From: Nannocystales bacterium
GTDB lineage: Bacteria; Myxococcota_A; Polyangia; Nannocystales; Nannocystaceae
Assembly (NCBI GenBank): GCA_050633305.1
Contig: JBOEGF010000024.1
Location: forward strand, 320,001 to 384,000
Reading direction: 5' to 3'
Length of the DNA: 64,000 nt
Shown here in pieces: positions 45,563 to 54,972 of the stretch. The notes below the pieces were generated by a model. It was not told the DNA's origin. It ran no database searches and saw only the letters and a program-made list of their open reading frames with translations. The translations under genes and the position numbers were made by a program. Each line of letters opens with the position of its first letter. Positions within the stretch are counted from its first letter, which is position 1.

Positions 45563-47812
45563 CTACGGTCCCACACCCTCGGGCGATTTGGCCACCTCAG
45601 GCTGCGGCAAGTCATCACCCGAGCTCCGTTCGGGATCTTCGTCGTCCGGTGCTTCCGCGGGCAAGCGCGGCCGTCCAACCGCACTCGCGGCGGCATCCGC
45701 TTCGGTCACGGGCAGCAACACGGTGAAGCGCGCGCCTCCATCGGGCTGGTTGCCGACCTCGATCACGCCGCGGTGGTTTTCCACGATGCGCTGACTGATC
45801 GGCAGACCCAGGCCGGTGCCGCCGCTCTTGGTCGTGTGGAAGGGGACGAACAGGTTGGTGATCGTCTGGTGCGACAGGCCATGCCCGTTGTCCCAGACCG
45901 TGACCGCGATCGCGTCGGCGCGCAGAAGGCCGCGACGGCGAAAGTCGATGTCGACGCCGATCCGGCCCTCGCCCTCCTGATGCTCGATCGCGTCGAACGC
46001 GTTGAGCATGAGGTTGTGGAGCACTTGCCGCAGCGCGTCGCCGTCACCGCGAACGGGGGGAAGGTCGGTGGGCTCGTCGAAGCTGACCTTCTTGCGTTGC
46101 TCTTCGGAGAGCAGTCGCAGGGTCGCTTTGACGACATCCCGCATCCGGACCTTGCCCAACTCGCCAGCGAACGGGCGAGAGTAGGTGAGGAACTGCGACA
46201 CGACGCGGTTGAGACGATCGACCTCCTCGACGATGATCTCGAGGTACTCCTGAACATCGTCGTCGAACTGATCCTTGCTCGGCTCCACGACCAAGACCGC
46301 GCCTTTGATCGCGCCCAGGGGGTTGCGGATCTCGTGCGCGAGGCCGGCGGCCATCTCCCCGAGGGCAGCCAAACGGTCACGCTCCTTGCGGGCCTCGTAG
46401 ACCTCGGAGTTTTGCAGGGTCGTCGCAGCCTGGGCGACGACCCCCTCGAACAGCCGAACTTCCTCGCGGGAGAAGGGTTCGAGCAGGCGCTCGTCGTCGA
46501 CGAACAGCGCGCCCAGCAGTTGGGGAGCGGCCCCCGGATCGTCGATGTCCAGGCGGGCCCGACCGATGATGGGCAGGGCCAGGGACGCCTTGAGTTCTCC
46601 GAGGGTCTCGAGCACCTGGTTGTGCTCGGCGCGGTCCTCCGGGCGCTCGCGTTGGCGGGAGCGCTGCAGCACGTCGCGGAGCATGGGCCCTCCGTGCAGC
46701 AGTCGGTCCAGCAGGGGACGGCGTGCTGCGAGGTCGAGTCGCGGCAGCGAAGTCGGGCCCAGATGGCTCGCCAAAGTCAGCGAAGTGCCCTGGCGGTCGA
46801 TCAGATACAGCGACGCCCGGGTCACGCGGTGTGATGCCTCGAGTTCCTCCATCACCACGCGGGCCATCTCATCGGAGTCGATCACCCCGGTGAGCTTGTG
46901 GCGCAGCTGCACCAAGATGCTGCGCAGGATCGGTCGATCGCGTAGAAACCAGCCTTCGATTCGGCTCTCGATCTCGGTGCGAACGGGCTCCATCAACACG
47001 ATCACCGCGAACGAAGCGACTGCGGTGTTGAAGACGAACAGAGAGCGGGTGCCCTTGTCTGCAGTGGGGATCCACAACAGCAGCAGCGCGTACAACCCCG
47101 TGACGATGGCGATGAGGAACGCCATGGACCCGATGCGCAACGCGACCTCGGGCAGGTCGAGCAAGCGCTCTCGGACCAGGGTTTGTGCGACGAAGTAGAG
47201 GTAGACCGCCGTGACGATGGGGCCGACGGCGGGGACGAGTGGGGAGCCCAGGGCGAGGGTGATGACCGTCGCGTAGAAGAGGTAACGAAGGCGTGGTGCG
47301 GCGGCGGTGCCGTCGGCAGCTCGCGCGGCTCGCCACACGCGGGTGGCCGCAAACAGCAGTCCACCCATCACGAACACGATCAGGACCAGCGGGACGACGT
47401 CCCAAAGAGGATGTTCTTCGAGTGCGGGGAAGAACAGCGAGACGGTCTGCGCGACCACCAGGAACAAGCCCGTGAACCGCTGGATGCGTCCGCCGCGGTG
47501 ATCCACCGCCGGCACGAAGCTGGACAGGGCACGATCTGCGCTCCATGGGAGCAGCAACGAGATGGTCTGCGCGAACCATCCGAACAGGTGCACACCCGAG
47601 AAACCGAAGAAGAATCGACCGAGGTGGTACAGGCCCAGGTTGAAGCAGAAGAAGGCGTAGAGCACGAACTGCTCCCGCTTTCGGTCCCGCAGCACGACCG
47701 AGGTGCCGATGGCGAACGCGACCGTGGCGGCCAGCAGCGAGCTGAGACTCTCGCTGAGGGTGGTCAGGGACGGATCCACGCCGGGCGAGTCTGCCACGTC
47801 CAGGCCGCGCAC
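45563..47812 (-). CDS. membrane sensor histidine kinase (multi-TM + GAF + HisKA + HATPase)
   Basis: About 8-9 TM helices, GAF-like segment, LAHEIRNPL H-box, NLMLNA, DNGHG, PFHTTK, GTGLGL. Start uncertain. Confidence 0.92.
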   Translation of the reverse strand: MRGLDVADSPGVDPSLTTLSESLSSLLAATVAFAIGTSVVLRDRKREQFVLYAFFCFNLGLYHLGRFFFGFSGVHLFGWFAQTISLLLPWSADRALSSFVPAVDHRGGRIQRFTGLFLVVAQTVSLFFPALEEHPLWDVVPLVLIVFVMGGLLFAATRVWRAARAADGTAAAPRLRYLFYATVITLALGSPLVPAVGPIVTAVYLYFVAQTLVRERLLDLPEVALRIGSMAFLIAIVTGLYALLLLWIPTADKGTRSLFVFNTAVASFAVIVLMEPVRTEIESRIEGWFLRDRPILRSILVQLRHKLTGVIDSDEMARVVMEELEASHRVTRASLYLIDRQGTSLTLASHLGPTSLPRLDLAARRPLLDRLLHGGPMLRDVLQRSRQRERPEDRAEHNQVLETLGELKASLALPIIGRARLDIDDPGAAPQLLGALFVDDERLLEPFSREEVRLFEGVVAQAATTLQNSEVYEARKERDRLAALGEMAAGLAHEIRNPLGAIKGAVLVVEPSKDQFDDDVQEYLEIIVEEVDRLNRVVSQFLTYSRPFAGELGKVRMRDVVKATLRLLSEEQRKKVSFDEPTDLPPVRGDGDALRQVLHNLMLNAFDAIEHQEGEGRIGVDIDFRRRGLLRADAIAVTVWDNGHGLSHQTITNLFVPFHTTKSGGTGLGLPISQRIVENHRGVIEVGNQPDGGARFTVLLPVTEADAAASAVGRPRLPAEAPDDEDPERSSGDDLPQPEVAKSPEGVGP

Positions 47813-47863
47813 ATGTGGGCCTGAAGCTGGTTGCCCCGGCCGGACTCTGGCATTCTGATTGCG

Positions 47864-48136
47864 ATGGCCGCCATCATCGACAACGAGAAGCGTGCGCAAC
47901 AGAAGGCGCGGGCGATCGCATCGGACATTTATCTGTACAACAAGGCCAAGATCGAGGAGTCGCTCAAGAACGATTCGTTCTTCGACGAGCCGGATCTGTC
48001 CGAGTTGATCACCGAGGGCCGCGACCTGTTCCGCAGCGGTGTGACGCCCGAGATGTTCAAGCAGAACTTCTACGACCGAGCGATCGTCGACCGCGTCATC
48101 AAGCCGATGGCCGCGCTCGAGAGCAAGATCTGGTAG
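47864..48136 (+). CDS. romX: RomX polarity protein (MglA GEF partner of RomR)
   Basis: ARAIASDIYLYN..KI......D.FF.......EGR..F........N..DRAI.D......SKIW matches my recollection of the RomX family. Upstream of an RluA-family gene. Confidence 0.85.
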   Translation: MAAIIDNEKRAQQKARAIASDIYLYNKAKIEESLKNDSFFDEPDLSELITEGRDLFRSGVTPEMFKQNFYDRAIVDRVIKPMAALESKIW

Positions 48137-49104
48137 CGCCGCTGACCATCGCGTTGGGCGAGGACGCGCTCGGGCAGCGACTCGACCGGGTGCTCGTTGC
48201 GGCGCTGCGCGAGGCTGGGCACGTGATGTCCCGCAACGCGCTGCGCGCTTCGTTCGACGCCGGCGAGGTGACCCTGGATGGCAGCCGCCTCAAGCCTTCG
48301 CTCGAGGTTGCGAGGCCTATGGTCGTCTCGGTTGTGCTGCATCCTCCGGCGCCGCTACGGGCTGTTCCCGAGCCGGTGCCGTTGGCGATCCTGCACGAAG
48401 ACGCGGATCTACTCGTGATCGACAAGCCGGCGGGCGTCGTTGTGCACCCCTCCGCTGGGCATTCCGGTGGCACGCTCGTCAACGGCGTCCTGCATCACCT
48501 CGGCGTCGGCGCGGACGGGCTTCCTGTCCTGCCGGGAAACGACGCGACGCGGCCCGGGGTGGTGCATCGACTCGACCGCGATACCTCCGGCGCGATGGTC
48601 TTCACCAAGACCCCCGCGGCGGCCGCTTCGTTGGCCGCGCAGTTTCAGGCCCACAGCATCGAGCGGCGATACCTGGGGGTCCTCAGCGCTCTGCCTGCGT
48701 TCGACCTTCAAACGTTCGAGACGCCGCACAACCGCGACCCCGGGGAACGCAAGCGCTTCGCGCCGGTGGAGGGCGGCTCGTCGCGCCGGGCGGTGACCCA
48801 TGTGAAGATCGTCGAACGCATGCCGACGGCAGCGATCGCCCATTTCACACTCGAGACCGGGCGCACCCATCAGATCCGTATGCACGCCCGCCACTTTGGT
48901 GCGCCCATCTTTGGCGATGCGCTCTATGGCAAGCCGCCGCGCGACGAAGTGCGTCGAGGCCTATGGACTCGGCTCGGGCGGCATGCGCTCCACGCCGAGG
49001 TCTTGGGCTTCCAACACCCGAGCACCGGAGCCCAGGTTCGATTCACCGCAGTCTTGCCCCCTGAACTCGACACGCTGATCTCCGCGCTCCGCACCACGCC
49101 CTGA
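48130..49104 (+). CDS. rluD: RluA-family pseudouridine synthase (RluD-like)
   Basis: S4-like 'QRLDRVL', DKPAGVVVHP, RPGVVHRLDRDTSG, LETGRTHQIR, PIFGD..YG, ALHA..LGF.HP. Start codon uncertain. Confidence 0.9.
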   Translation: MVAPLTIALGEDALGQRLDRVLVAALREAGHVMSRNALRASFDAGEVTLDGSRLKPSLEVARPMVVSVVLHPPAPLRAVPEPVPLAILHEDADLLVIDKPAGVVVHPSAGHSGGTLVNGVLHHLGVGADGLPVLPGNDATRPGVVHRLDRDTSGAMVFTKTPAAAASLAAQFQAHSIERRYLGVLSALPAFDLQTFETPHNRDPGERKRFAPVEGGSSRRAVTHVKIVERMPTAAIAHFTLETGRTHQIRMHARHFGAPIFGDALYGKPPRDEVRRGLWTRLGRHALHAEVLGFQHPSTGAQVRFTAVLPPELDTLISALRTTP

Positions 49105-49154
49105 GCCCTCCGCGGCGGTTCCTTGGTGTTCCGACATGCTGCTAGCCTTGCGGC

Positions 49155-49880
49155 GTGCTCGAACGCAGCGCCAAGCTCTCCGCGATTCCCGGGCTCAAGC
49201 ACGGTTTCACCAACCGACTCGGCGGCGTGAGCACGGGCGCGTTCGACTCTCTCAACCTCGGGTTGAAGTGGGGCGATGACCCTGAAGCGGTCGCCGAGAA
49301 CTTGAAGCGGGTGGCGGACGCGGGCGGTTACCCCCCGCGGACGCTGCGGCGGGTCAATCAGGTCCATCGCGGGGATGTCGTGCGCGCCACGTCGTTGAAC
49401 GACGCCTCGGAAGCCGATGGCCTGTGGTGCACGCGTGACGATCGGGTGACGGCTGCGGTCTCCACGGCAGACTGCGTCCCCATCTTGCTCGCCAACACGG
49501 AGGGCACCGTGGCCGCGGCAGTCCACAGTGGGTGGCGGAGCACGGTCGCCGGGATCGCGGGAGCGGCGGTCGACTCGTTGGGGGTCGACCCTGCAACTGT
49601 CGTGGCCGCGATCGGTCCCTGCATCGAGCAGGCGCGGTTCGAGGTTGGTCCTGAGGTCGCCGCGCAGTTCGACGGCGCGTTCGTGGACGTGACCTCCTAC
49701 GCGAAGCCGCACATCGACCTCGTCGCCGTGGTCACCGAGCAACTCCGCAAGGCCGGGGTGTTGGTCAGCAACATCGAGCGGGTCGGGACGTGCACCCATG
49801 CCCACCCGGAGCGCTACTTCTCCTATCGGCGGGACGGCGCCGGGACCGGCCAGATGATGTCCTTCGTCGGATATGCGTGA
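49155..49880 (+). CDS. pgeF: peptidoglycan editing factor / YfiH-family purine nucleoside phosphorylase
   Basis: HGFTNRLGGVS, SLNLG, QVH, EADG, TADCVPILL, AAVHSGWR, IGPCI, FSYRRDG..GQ. Confidence 0.93.
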   Translation: MLERSAKLSAIPGLKHGFTNRLGGVSTGAFDSLNLGLKWGDDPEAVAENLKRVADAGGYPPRTLRRVNQVHRGDVVRATSLNDASEADGLWCTRDDRVTAAVSTADCVPILLANTEGTVAAAVHSGWRSTVAGIAGAAVDSLGVDPATVVAAIGPCIEQARFEVGPEVAAQFDGAFVDVTSYAKPHIDLVAVVTEQLRKAGVLVSNIERVGTCTHAHPERYFSYRRDGAGTGQMMSFVGYA

Positions 49881-50028
49881 GCGGGCTCGGGAGCGCCAAA
49901 TGCAGAAGCCCCGCCACGAAATCGTGGACGGGGCTTGGTGTCGATGAACTGCGCGGCGAGAGGTGGGCCCGCACGCCGAAATCGGCGATTGGCCGCGCGT
50001 GGTCCGCGATCGACGCGCGCGACCGAGG

Positions 50029-50274
50029 TTACTCGACCGCGGCAGGAGCTTCGGCTTCGCCGCTGGCGTCCTGCTGGTTCAGGTTCTTGTACTCGCCCGC
50101 GAGGCCTTCGCCCTTGGGCATGATCATGCCCTGAACGGAACCAACCAGGATCCACACGAAGAACAGGCCAAAGCCGCTCATCAGGATGAGCATGCTGATG
50201 CCAGCAGCGGAGGTGATCGGGGGCTTGCTAGCTGAGGCTTCCCAGCGGTTGTCGGCGATTTCGGCTGCAGACAT
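50029..50274 (-). CDS. small single-pass membrane protein (81 aa), unknown function
   Basis: GGAG SD, central hydrophobic helix, own sigma-70-like promoter. Confidence 0.7.
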   Translation of the reverse strand: MSAAEIADNRWEASASKPPITSAAGISMLILMSGFGLFFVWILVGSVQGMIMPKGEGLAGEYKNLNQQDASGEAEAPAAVE

Positions 50275-50287
50275 GTGTGTTCTCCGT

Positions 50288-50334
50288 GTCCCGTTCCCGG
50301 GGAGTCCCGTTTCCGGGGGTCCTGCTTCCAGGAC
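50288..50334 (-). repeat. three tandem 15-16-nt hairpin repeats in the 5' UTR of the small membrane protein
   Basis: Plus-strand units gtcccgttcccgggga / gtcccgtttccgggg / gtcctgcttccaggac. Confidence 0.75.
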
Positions 50335-50394
50335 GTTTTGGGCCTTCTCAGACCAGATGTGGGCGCCGCACCGCGGCCTCGTCCACGTTGCGAG

Positions 50395-50424
50395 AAACTA
50401 TCACGCGCCGCGGAACCTCGACAA
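50395..50424 (-). promoter_or_regulatory. putative sigma-70 promoter with extended -10
   Basis: Minus strand reads TTGTCG, 18-nt spacer ending TGa, TAGTTT. Confidence 0.55.
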
Positions 50425-50472
50425 CTGGGACAAGCAAGATGCCTGCGGGGTTCCCGCGGTCGGGGCGCAGGG

Positions 50473-52188
50473 CTATTTTTCTGCGGCGAGGCCGTACGCA
50501 GGCAGAATCTCGCCGTTGAGCGCCTGAAGCTGGGCAAGTGCCTTGAGGTAGTTGATCTGGGCGCTCAGCGCGGATGCGGCCGCGTTGTCGATGTCGTCGA
50601 GGCGCTCGAGCACGTCGAAGTTGGTTGCGCGTCCGACGTCGAACCGGGCTTGCTCGGCTTCCAGGTTGTCCTGCGCAAGCTCGAGGGAGACCTCGGCCAC
50701 CTCGATCGACTTGCCCGCGGTTCGCAAGCCGCTGGCCGCTCGGATAACGCCAGAGGAGATCTGCTGCCGAACCTGCCGGATCTGCTCCTCGTTGCGACGC
50801 ATCTGAAGCTTGGCGGCTTGGTGCTGCGCCTTGGGGGTCCGGTTCTGAACGTCCCAGGTCAGGGTGAGCGAACCGCTGACCGTCCAGTCGGCGAGCACGC
50901 CGTCTTGCGCGACGTCATCGCTGAAGACGTTGCGGAAGGCTTCACCCCACCCACCGGTCGCGCCGGGGTCGCCCGTTTGCGCGGTGGGGAGCGTGTCGAC
51001 CGAGCGGCCTTGCGGCGTGATCGACCCGCGAAAATCCAGCTGTGGAAGCCGGTTGTTGGCCGCCACCATCTCGTCGATCCGCAGGCTGGCCCGGGCCAGC
51101 TCGAGCTGGCGGATCTGCGGGTTGGCCTGGAGGGCGTTGTCGATCTCCTCCTTCATGTCGATCGTGCGCGGAACGACGGTGGGATCGGTCGCCGGCAAGA
51201 CGCCGAGCAGGTCGCGGTCGGCGAAGTCCTGTCCGAGCAGCGAGCGAAGGTTGAGGCTGGTGTCCAGCAGGGAGTTCTCGGCGGCGAGGACGTCGGCTTC
51301 GCGAGTCGCGATGGCCTGCTCGACCGCCTTGATGTCTACGGGGGACAGGCGGCCTGCGGACACGAGGGCTTCGGTGCGCTCGAGTTGCCGCTGGACTTGA
51401 ACGACGCTGCGTCGTTTGTTGTCGAGGTCCCGGTGGGCGAACAAGACGTCCCAGTATGCGCTGATGATGTCGCGAGCCAGGTTTTGCGCGGTGAGCTGTC
51501 GTCCCGCCTGAGCCTGCGTAACCGCGATTTCTGCCCTGTCGCGGTTGGCGCGGTTGACCTCGAGTCCAGCGCCCCGCAGCAACGGGTGGTTGATCGTCAG
51601 CGTGGGAACGAGCGAGTAGGTGGCCAGGGTCGTCGCACCCTGACTGGCGTCGAGGAAGCTGACCGGCTGATCGGTGAGGGTCCGATTAACCCCGAGGGTC
51701 AGGGACACGTCGCCGCCGGTTTCGAGCGCGCGTTGAAACCCGAAGTCCGCGCCGACCGAGCGCGAGCCGAGGGCGAAGGCGAATGACGAACCACGCTGCG
51801 GGCTCTCACTGAACGCGGCATTGAGACCCGCGGTCAGGAACACATCGTAGGCGCCGATCGCAGCGAGGATCTGCGTCTCGGCGATCTCGATGTCGGTCTG
51901 TCCCAGCACGAGATCGAGGTTGGTGTTGGCGGCTTCGGTGAGCACGCTGCTCAGCTCGAGTGGCTCCGAATCGAACGGCGGGACGTAGTCGTCACGCAGC
52001 CCGATCGTGGGCGCTTCCCGGACTGGGTTCTCTGCGCCGATGTCGGGTTGAGGAGCGGCAGAGGGGGGAGGAGGCTGCGTGGGTTCCGCGGCGGCTGGAG
52101 CATCGGGATCTCCCGCCGGGGCGGGGGCATCGGCCGAGGTCTCGGGAGCCAGGGCGAGGAACAGCGCGGGAAGCAGAAAAGGGGACAC
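50473..52188 (-). CDS. TolC-family outer-membrane efflux protein
   Basis: Two OEP-like repeats (AANTNLDL, HPLLRGAG, AYWDVL, ALQANPQIR, RLPQLD, EQARFDVG.ATNFDVL). Confidence 0.9.
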   Translation of the reverse strand: MSPFLLPALFLALAPETSADAPAPAGDPDAPAAAEPTQPPPPSAAPQPDIGAENPVREAPTIGLRDDYVPPFDSEPLELSSVLTEAANTNLDLVLGQTDIEIAETQILAAIGAYDVFLTAGLNAAFSESPQRGSSFAFALGSRSVGADFGFQRALETGGDVSLTLGVNRTLTDQPVSFLDASQGATTLATYSLVPTLTINHPLLRGAGLEVNRANRDRAEIAVTQAQAGRQLTAQNLARDIISAYWDVLFAHRDLDNKRRSVVQVQRQLERTEALVSAGRLSPVDIKAVEQAIATREADVLAAENSLLDTSLNLRSLLGQDFADRDLLGVLPATDPTVVPRTIDMKEEIDNALQANPQIRQLELARASLRIDEMVAANNRLPQLDFRGSITPQGRSVDTLPTAQTGDPGATGGWGEAFRNVFSDDVAQDGVLADWTVSGSLTLTWDVQNRTPKAQHQAAKLQMRRNEEQIRQVRQQISSGVIRAASGLRTAGKSIEVAEVSLELAQDNLEAEQARFDVGRATNFDVLERLDDIDNAAASALSAQINYLKALAQLQALNGEILPAYGLAAEK

Positions 52189-52505
52189 AGCAGGGGACTC
52201 GCGAAGGGAGGGCGACGGCAGAGCGGTCGAAAGGGGCGATACCGCCAGGGAACGCGGTGGTCAATGGTCTGAGCGCCGAAAACGCCCTTGTGAGCACTTG
52301 GACGTCGTAGGTCGGGCTGGGGTTTCGAGCGAACAGACGTTTTCCGGGCCGGTCGGCACGATGTAAGGTCCCGACCCGGCGCACGTTGAGGGGGGCGAAG
52401 GAGCTTCCGTCGCCCGTGACGCCCATTCCTGCGGTCATACCCCAGGGCAAATCCGCCCTGACTCGCGCAAACGATGCGCAACGCCGCGAACGCAGTGGGA
52501 AATCG

Positions 52506-53129
52506 GTGACGGACCCAAGCAACGATGAGTCCAAGGACGACGAGCGAGAGCTGGTGGAACGTGCCCAGGCGGGAGACCGGGCCGCGTTTCGCGCTCTGTA
52601 TCAACGGTTCGCCCCGTCGGTGTACCGGTACGCGATCGTGCCGACCGTGCACGACCGGACCCTCGCCGAGGATCTCCTGGCCGACACCTTCGTGCGGGCC
52701 CTCGAGAATCTCCATCGCTTCAAGTGGCAAGGACGGGGGCTGCTCCCGTGGCTCATCCGCATCGCCAAGAACCTGTGCCTCGACCACCTCCGCAAGAGCG
52801 GCCGGGTCGGCGCATGGCCGGTTGGCTTCGAGAACCTTCTCCCCGACCCCGGCGACATCGGCAGTGAAGCCGCCGTCTCGCGCCTGCAGATGGCCGGGGT
52901 CATGCGAGGCCGTATCGAGGCATGCCTCGAGGGAATCAACCCGCGCTATCGCAGGGTTGTTGAGCTTCGGCTCATGCAACAGACGCCACGGGAGCAAGCC
53001 GCGGCCGAAATGGACGTCTCGATCGGAACGCTCGACGTCCTGCTCTTCCGGGCATGCAAGGCGTTCCGTAAGGTTTACGTGCAACGCTACGGTGAGTCGC
53101 CGCAGCAAGACTTTGAAGGGGCATCATGA
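52506..53129 (+). CDS. ECF sigma factor
   Basis: LVERAQAGDRAAFRALY, AEDLLADTF, WLIRIAKNLCLDHLRK (region 2), region 4 'EMDVSIGTLDVLLFRA'. Start trimmed to GTG 52506. Confidence 0.92.
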   Translation: MTDPSNDESKDDERELVERAQAGDRAAFRALYQRFAPSVYRYAIVPTVHDRTLAEDLLADTFVRALENLHRFKWQGRGLLPWLIRIAKNLCLDHLRKSGRVGAWPVGFENLLPDPGDIGSEAAVSRLQMAGVMRGRIEACLEGINPRYRRVVELRLMQQTPREQAAAEMDVSIGTLDVLLFRACKAFRKVYVQRYGESPQQDFEGAS

Positions 53130-53848
53130 CCGGTCCTGACCGAGACCCATCACAGGATTCCAAGGCGAATCTGCAGGCCAATCGCGAGGCCACCTGCGAG
53201 CAAATCGCGCGGGAGCTGGCGGCGCTTGGCGAAGAGCCGTTGGACGTCTCAGGGCAGGACGACCTCGCATTGGAGTTCGCCCTCGCGGATGGCAAGCCAC
53301 GCGCCGACATCGACGTCGCGACGGTGCAGACTCTCGCCGGTTGGGCCGACCCCGCTCGCGAGTCCGCGCAAGACGACCCTTTGTCTGAACTCGCTCAGGC
53401 CCGTGTGTGGAGAACGATCGAGCTCCGCGACAAGGCCAACGCGCCCGATTCGCAGCCCGGCTCGACGCCCGAATCGAAGCCCAGCCCGAAGCCCGGTGCG
53501 AGGTCGGACGGGGCTCGTTCGGCACGCCCGGTCTTGTTCGCAGTCGCTGCACTGCTGGCGGTCGCGGCCGCTGTGGTGCTCGTGCCGGTTCTCACGGCCG
53601 ACACTCCTGCGCTTTCGGAAGAGTCCCCCGTGGCTCGAGGGGCCACGGCTCCACCCGCGATCACCGCGGAGGAACTCGACGTCCTCTCCACCCAGGCTCG
53701 GGCCGGTTTGGCGGCTCTGGATCGGCTGAGCGGAGAGCCCTCGGGGACAGCGCGGGTCGAAGCGATGGCTTCAGACTATGCTGGACGTCTCGAAGCGCTG
53801 GGCAGCGTGCCCGGAACCGTTACGGGTCCGCAAGGAAACCAGGGATGA
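53126..53848 (+). CDS. putative anti-sigma factor (single TM)
   Basis: ATGA-coupled to the ECF sigma. Cytoplasmic N-terminus, 'ARVWRTI', TM PVLFAVAALLAVAAAVVLVPVL. Confidence 0.6.
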   Translation: MTGPDRDPSQDSKANLQANREATCEQIARELAALGEEPLDVSGQDDLALEFALADGKPRADIDVATVQTLAGWADPARESAQDDPLSELAQARVWRTIELRDKANAPDSQPGSTPESKPSPKPGARSDGARSARPVLFAVAALLAVAAAVVLVPVLTADTPALSEESPVARGATAPPAITAEELDVLSTQARAGLAALDRLSGEPSGTARVEAMASDYAGRLEALGSVPGTVTGPQGNQG

Positions 53849-54435
53849 GCATGAAGTTCGGTCGAAGCAAGGTCGCCATCGTGGCGGTGGTCGTCGGGCT
53901 GAGTGCACTGACCGGGTGCGATGAGAGCTCGCCGGAAGCTGGAGCCGGAATGAGAGCGGGGTCGGCGGAGCCTGTCCTCGGTGAGGCGGAACAGGCCGCG
54001 CCCGATGCTCGGCTGCAGACGCACGAGATCGTCGCGAGTACGCCGACGACCGCGGGACTTGCGTACATTCAAGCGGTGGCGGCAGCCCATCGCGAGGCCG
54101 ACACGCAGCAGGGTGATGCTCGCATGGCCGCGCTCGAGGCCGCGCTGGACCTGCCCGTGCCCTCCGGGTTACCCGAGGCGGAGATCTTACGGCTCGAGGT
54201 GGCGTCCCGGATCGCATCCGAATGGATCGATCGCGGCAGTGCCGACAAAGCTCGAGCGCTCTTGGTACCCATGCTTGAACCAGCACGCTCGGTTCCACTG
54301 GATCGGTCCAGTGCCGAAGCGTTGGTCTTGCTCGGTGACGCGGCGACGCGAACCGGCGATGATGCGCTGGCTGCTGGCTCCTACGCCCGCTCGATTCGGA
54401 TGATGTCGATTCTGCGACAGGAGATCGAACGATGA
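53845..54435 (+). CDS. lipoprotein with C-terminal TPR-like helices
   Basis: Lipobox LTGC; 'AEALVLLGDAATRTGDDALAAGSYARSI' is TPR-like; ATGA overlaps at both ends. Confidence 0.7.
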   Translation: MSMKFGRSKVAIVAVVVGLSALTGCDESSPEAGAGMRAGSAEPVLGEAEQAAPDARLQTHEIVASTPTTAGLAYIQAVAAAHREADTQQGDARMAALEAALDLPVPSGLPEAEILRLEVASRIASEWIDRGSADKARALLVPMLEPARSVPLDRSSAEALVLLGDAATRTGDDALAAGSYARSIRMMSILRQEIER

Positions 54436-54938
54436 CCCTGCCAAGCCTTCCCCGAACCACACTCGCTGGGATGCTGTGGCTCGCGGGTTCTATTGCAACC
54501 GGCTGTGGCCCAATCGCCGGTGGCAGCACGGTCACCCCCGGCGGTCGAATCCCGGGGACCCGCGAGGGGCCCGCCCCGGTCGGGACTCAGGAGGGAGACA
54601 GTGTTCCCGAGCTGGAGAAACGTCTCGAGCGTTTGTCGGGGGAACAGGCGGCGCGCATGGACGACGCGATGACCGACACCCAGGCGTGTCACGACTTGTG
54701 CAGCCTTTCGTCGAGCATCTGCGAGGTTGAGGTGAAGCTCTGCGACATCGCCGACCGGCACCCGCAAGAGAGCGGGTTCCAAGAGCTATGCCGAGAGGCA
54801 CAGCAGGAATGCCGCCAGGCCGAACTCAGCTGTGCCGACTGCGTCGGTGAGCACACCGACAACAACATGACACCCCAGCCCCCGGCCGATCCTCCCGTCG
54901 CTGCGCCGACCCCTACCGAGCCCGCTACAGCCTCGTGA
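54432..54938 (+). CDS. Cys-rich helical lipoprotein
   Basis: Lipobox ATGC; 8 Cys in the pattern Cx3Cx6Cx6Cx15Cx6Cx6Cx2C. Confidence 0.75.
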   Translation: MTLPSLPRTTLAGMLWLAGSIATGCGPIAGGSTVTPGGRIPGTREGPAPVGTQEGDSVPELEKRLERLSGEQAARMDDAMTDTQACHDLCSLSSSICEVEVKLCDIADRHPQESGFQELCREAQQECRQAELSCADCVGEHTDNNMTPQPPADPPVAAPTPTEPATAS

Positions 54939-54972
54939 CGCTCGCGGCGACTGGCCCCGAACGCCGTCGGGA

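Noticed and set aside
47848..47862. Sigma-54-like TGGCAT-N5-TTGC motif upstream of romX
   Set aside because: The implied TSS (~12 nt after the GC) would fall inside the romX CDS, downstream of its only plausible ATG. More likely coincidental or a leaderless sigma-70 site.
52506..53129. ECF sigma as a CorE-type copper-sensing sigma
   Set aside because: It lacks the C-terminal Cys-rich domain and CxC motif, and is followed by an anti-sigma-like gene.
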